From Chiloscyllium plagiosum (taxonomy: Eukaryota): a DNA stretch of 64,000 nt. The stretch is from the NCBI RefSeq assembly GCF_004010195.1, contig NC_057719.1, positions 33,030,563 through 33,094,562 of the forward strand. Reading direction: 5' to 3'. Both the position numbers and the translations under genes were made by a program. Shown piece by piece: positions 63,917 to 64,000 of this stretch. The notes beneath the pieces were generated by a model. It was not told where the DNA came from and searched no databases. It saw only the letters and a list, made by a program, of their open reading frames with translations. Every line of letters begins with the position of its first letter. The stretch's first letter is position 1.

Positions 63917-64000
63917 CAATTAAATTACCATTTTAGAACTATAACGAAGTTGAATGATCGCTAAAAGTGCAGTTATCTCTGCCCTGTTACTTTGCTTCTT

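Noticed and set aside
1..64000. CRISPR arrays, operons or other prokaryotic systems
   Set aside because: No regularly spaced repeats or gene-dense regions; all long ORFs derive from retroelements.

Overview
Eukaryotic, AT-rich, repeat-dense DNA, most likely from a cartilaginous fish; this is inferred from HE1-type V-SINEs, HER1/CR1 LINE tails and SacSINE1/DeuSINE-like copies. The only host coding sequence I can support is one 270-bp minus-strand exon (16904-17173) encoding an Ig domain of MDGA2, so the rest of the window is probably intronic. The introns hold many CR1 LINE copies of different ages, L2-type fragments, SINEs, a decayed Gypsy element, a solo LTR, two MITEs and two tandem duplications. 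The most notable structure is a set of about a dozen Penelope-like element (PLE) insertions from at least four families. Most carry minimal hammerhead-ribozyme motifs, many have 9-16 bp target-site duplications (TSDs), and many are fold-back structures in which one arm has a 30-40 nt tail that the other lacks. One of them (61778-63214) has captured an inverted 174-bp copy of nearby DNA inside its TSDs. I found no prokaryote-type system (CRISPR, operon, defence island). Boundaries of old repeats are approximate.
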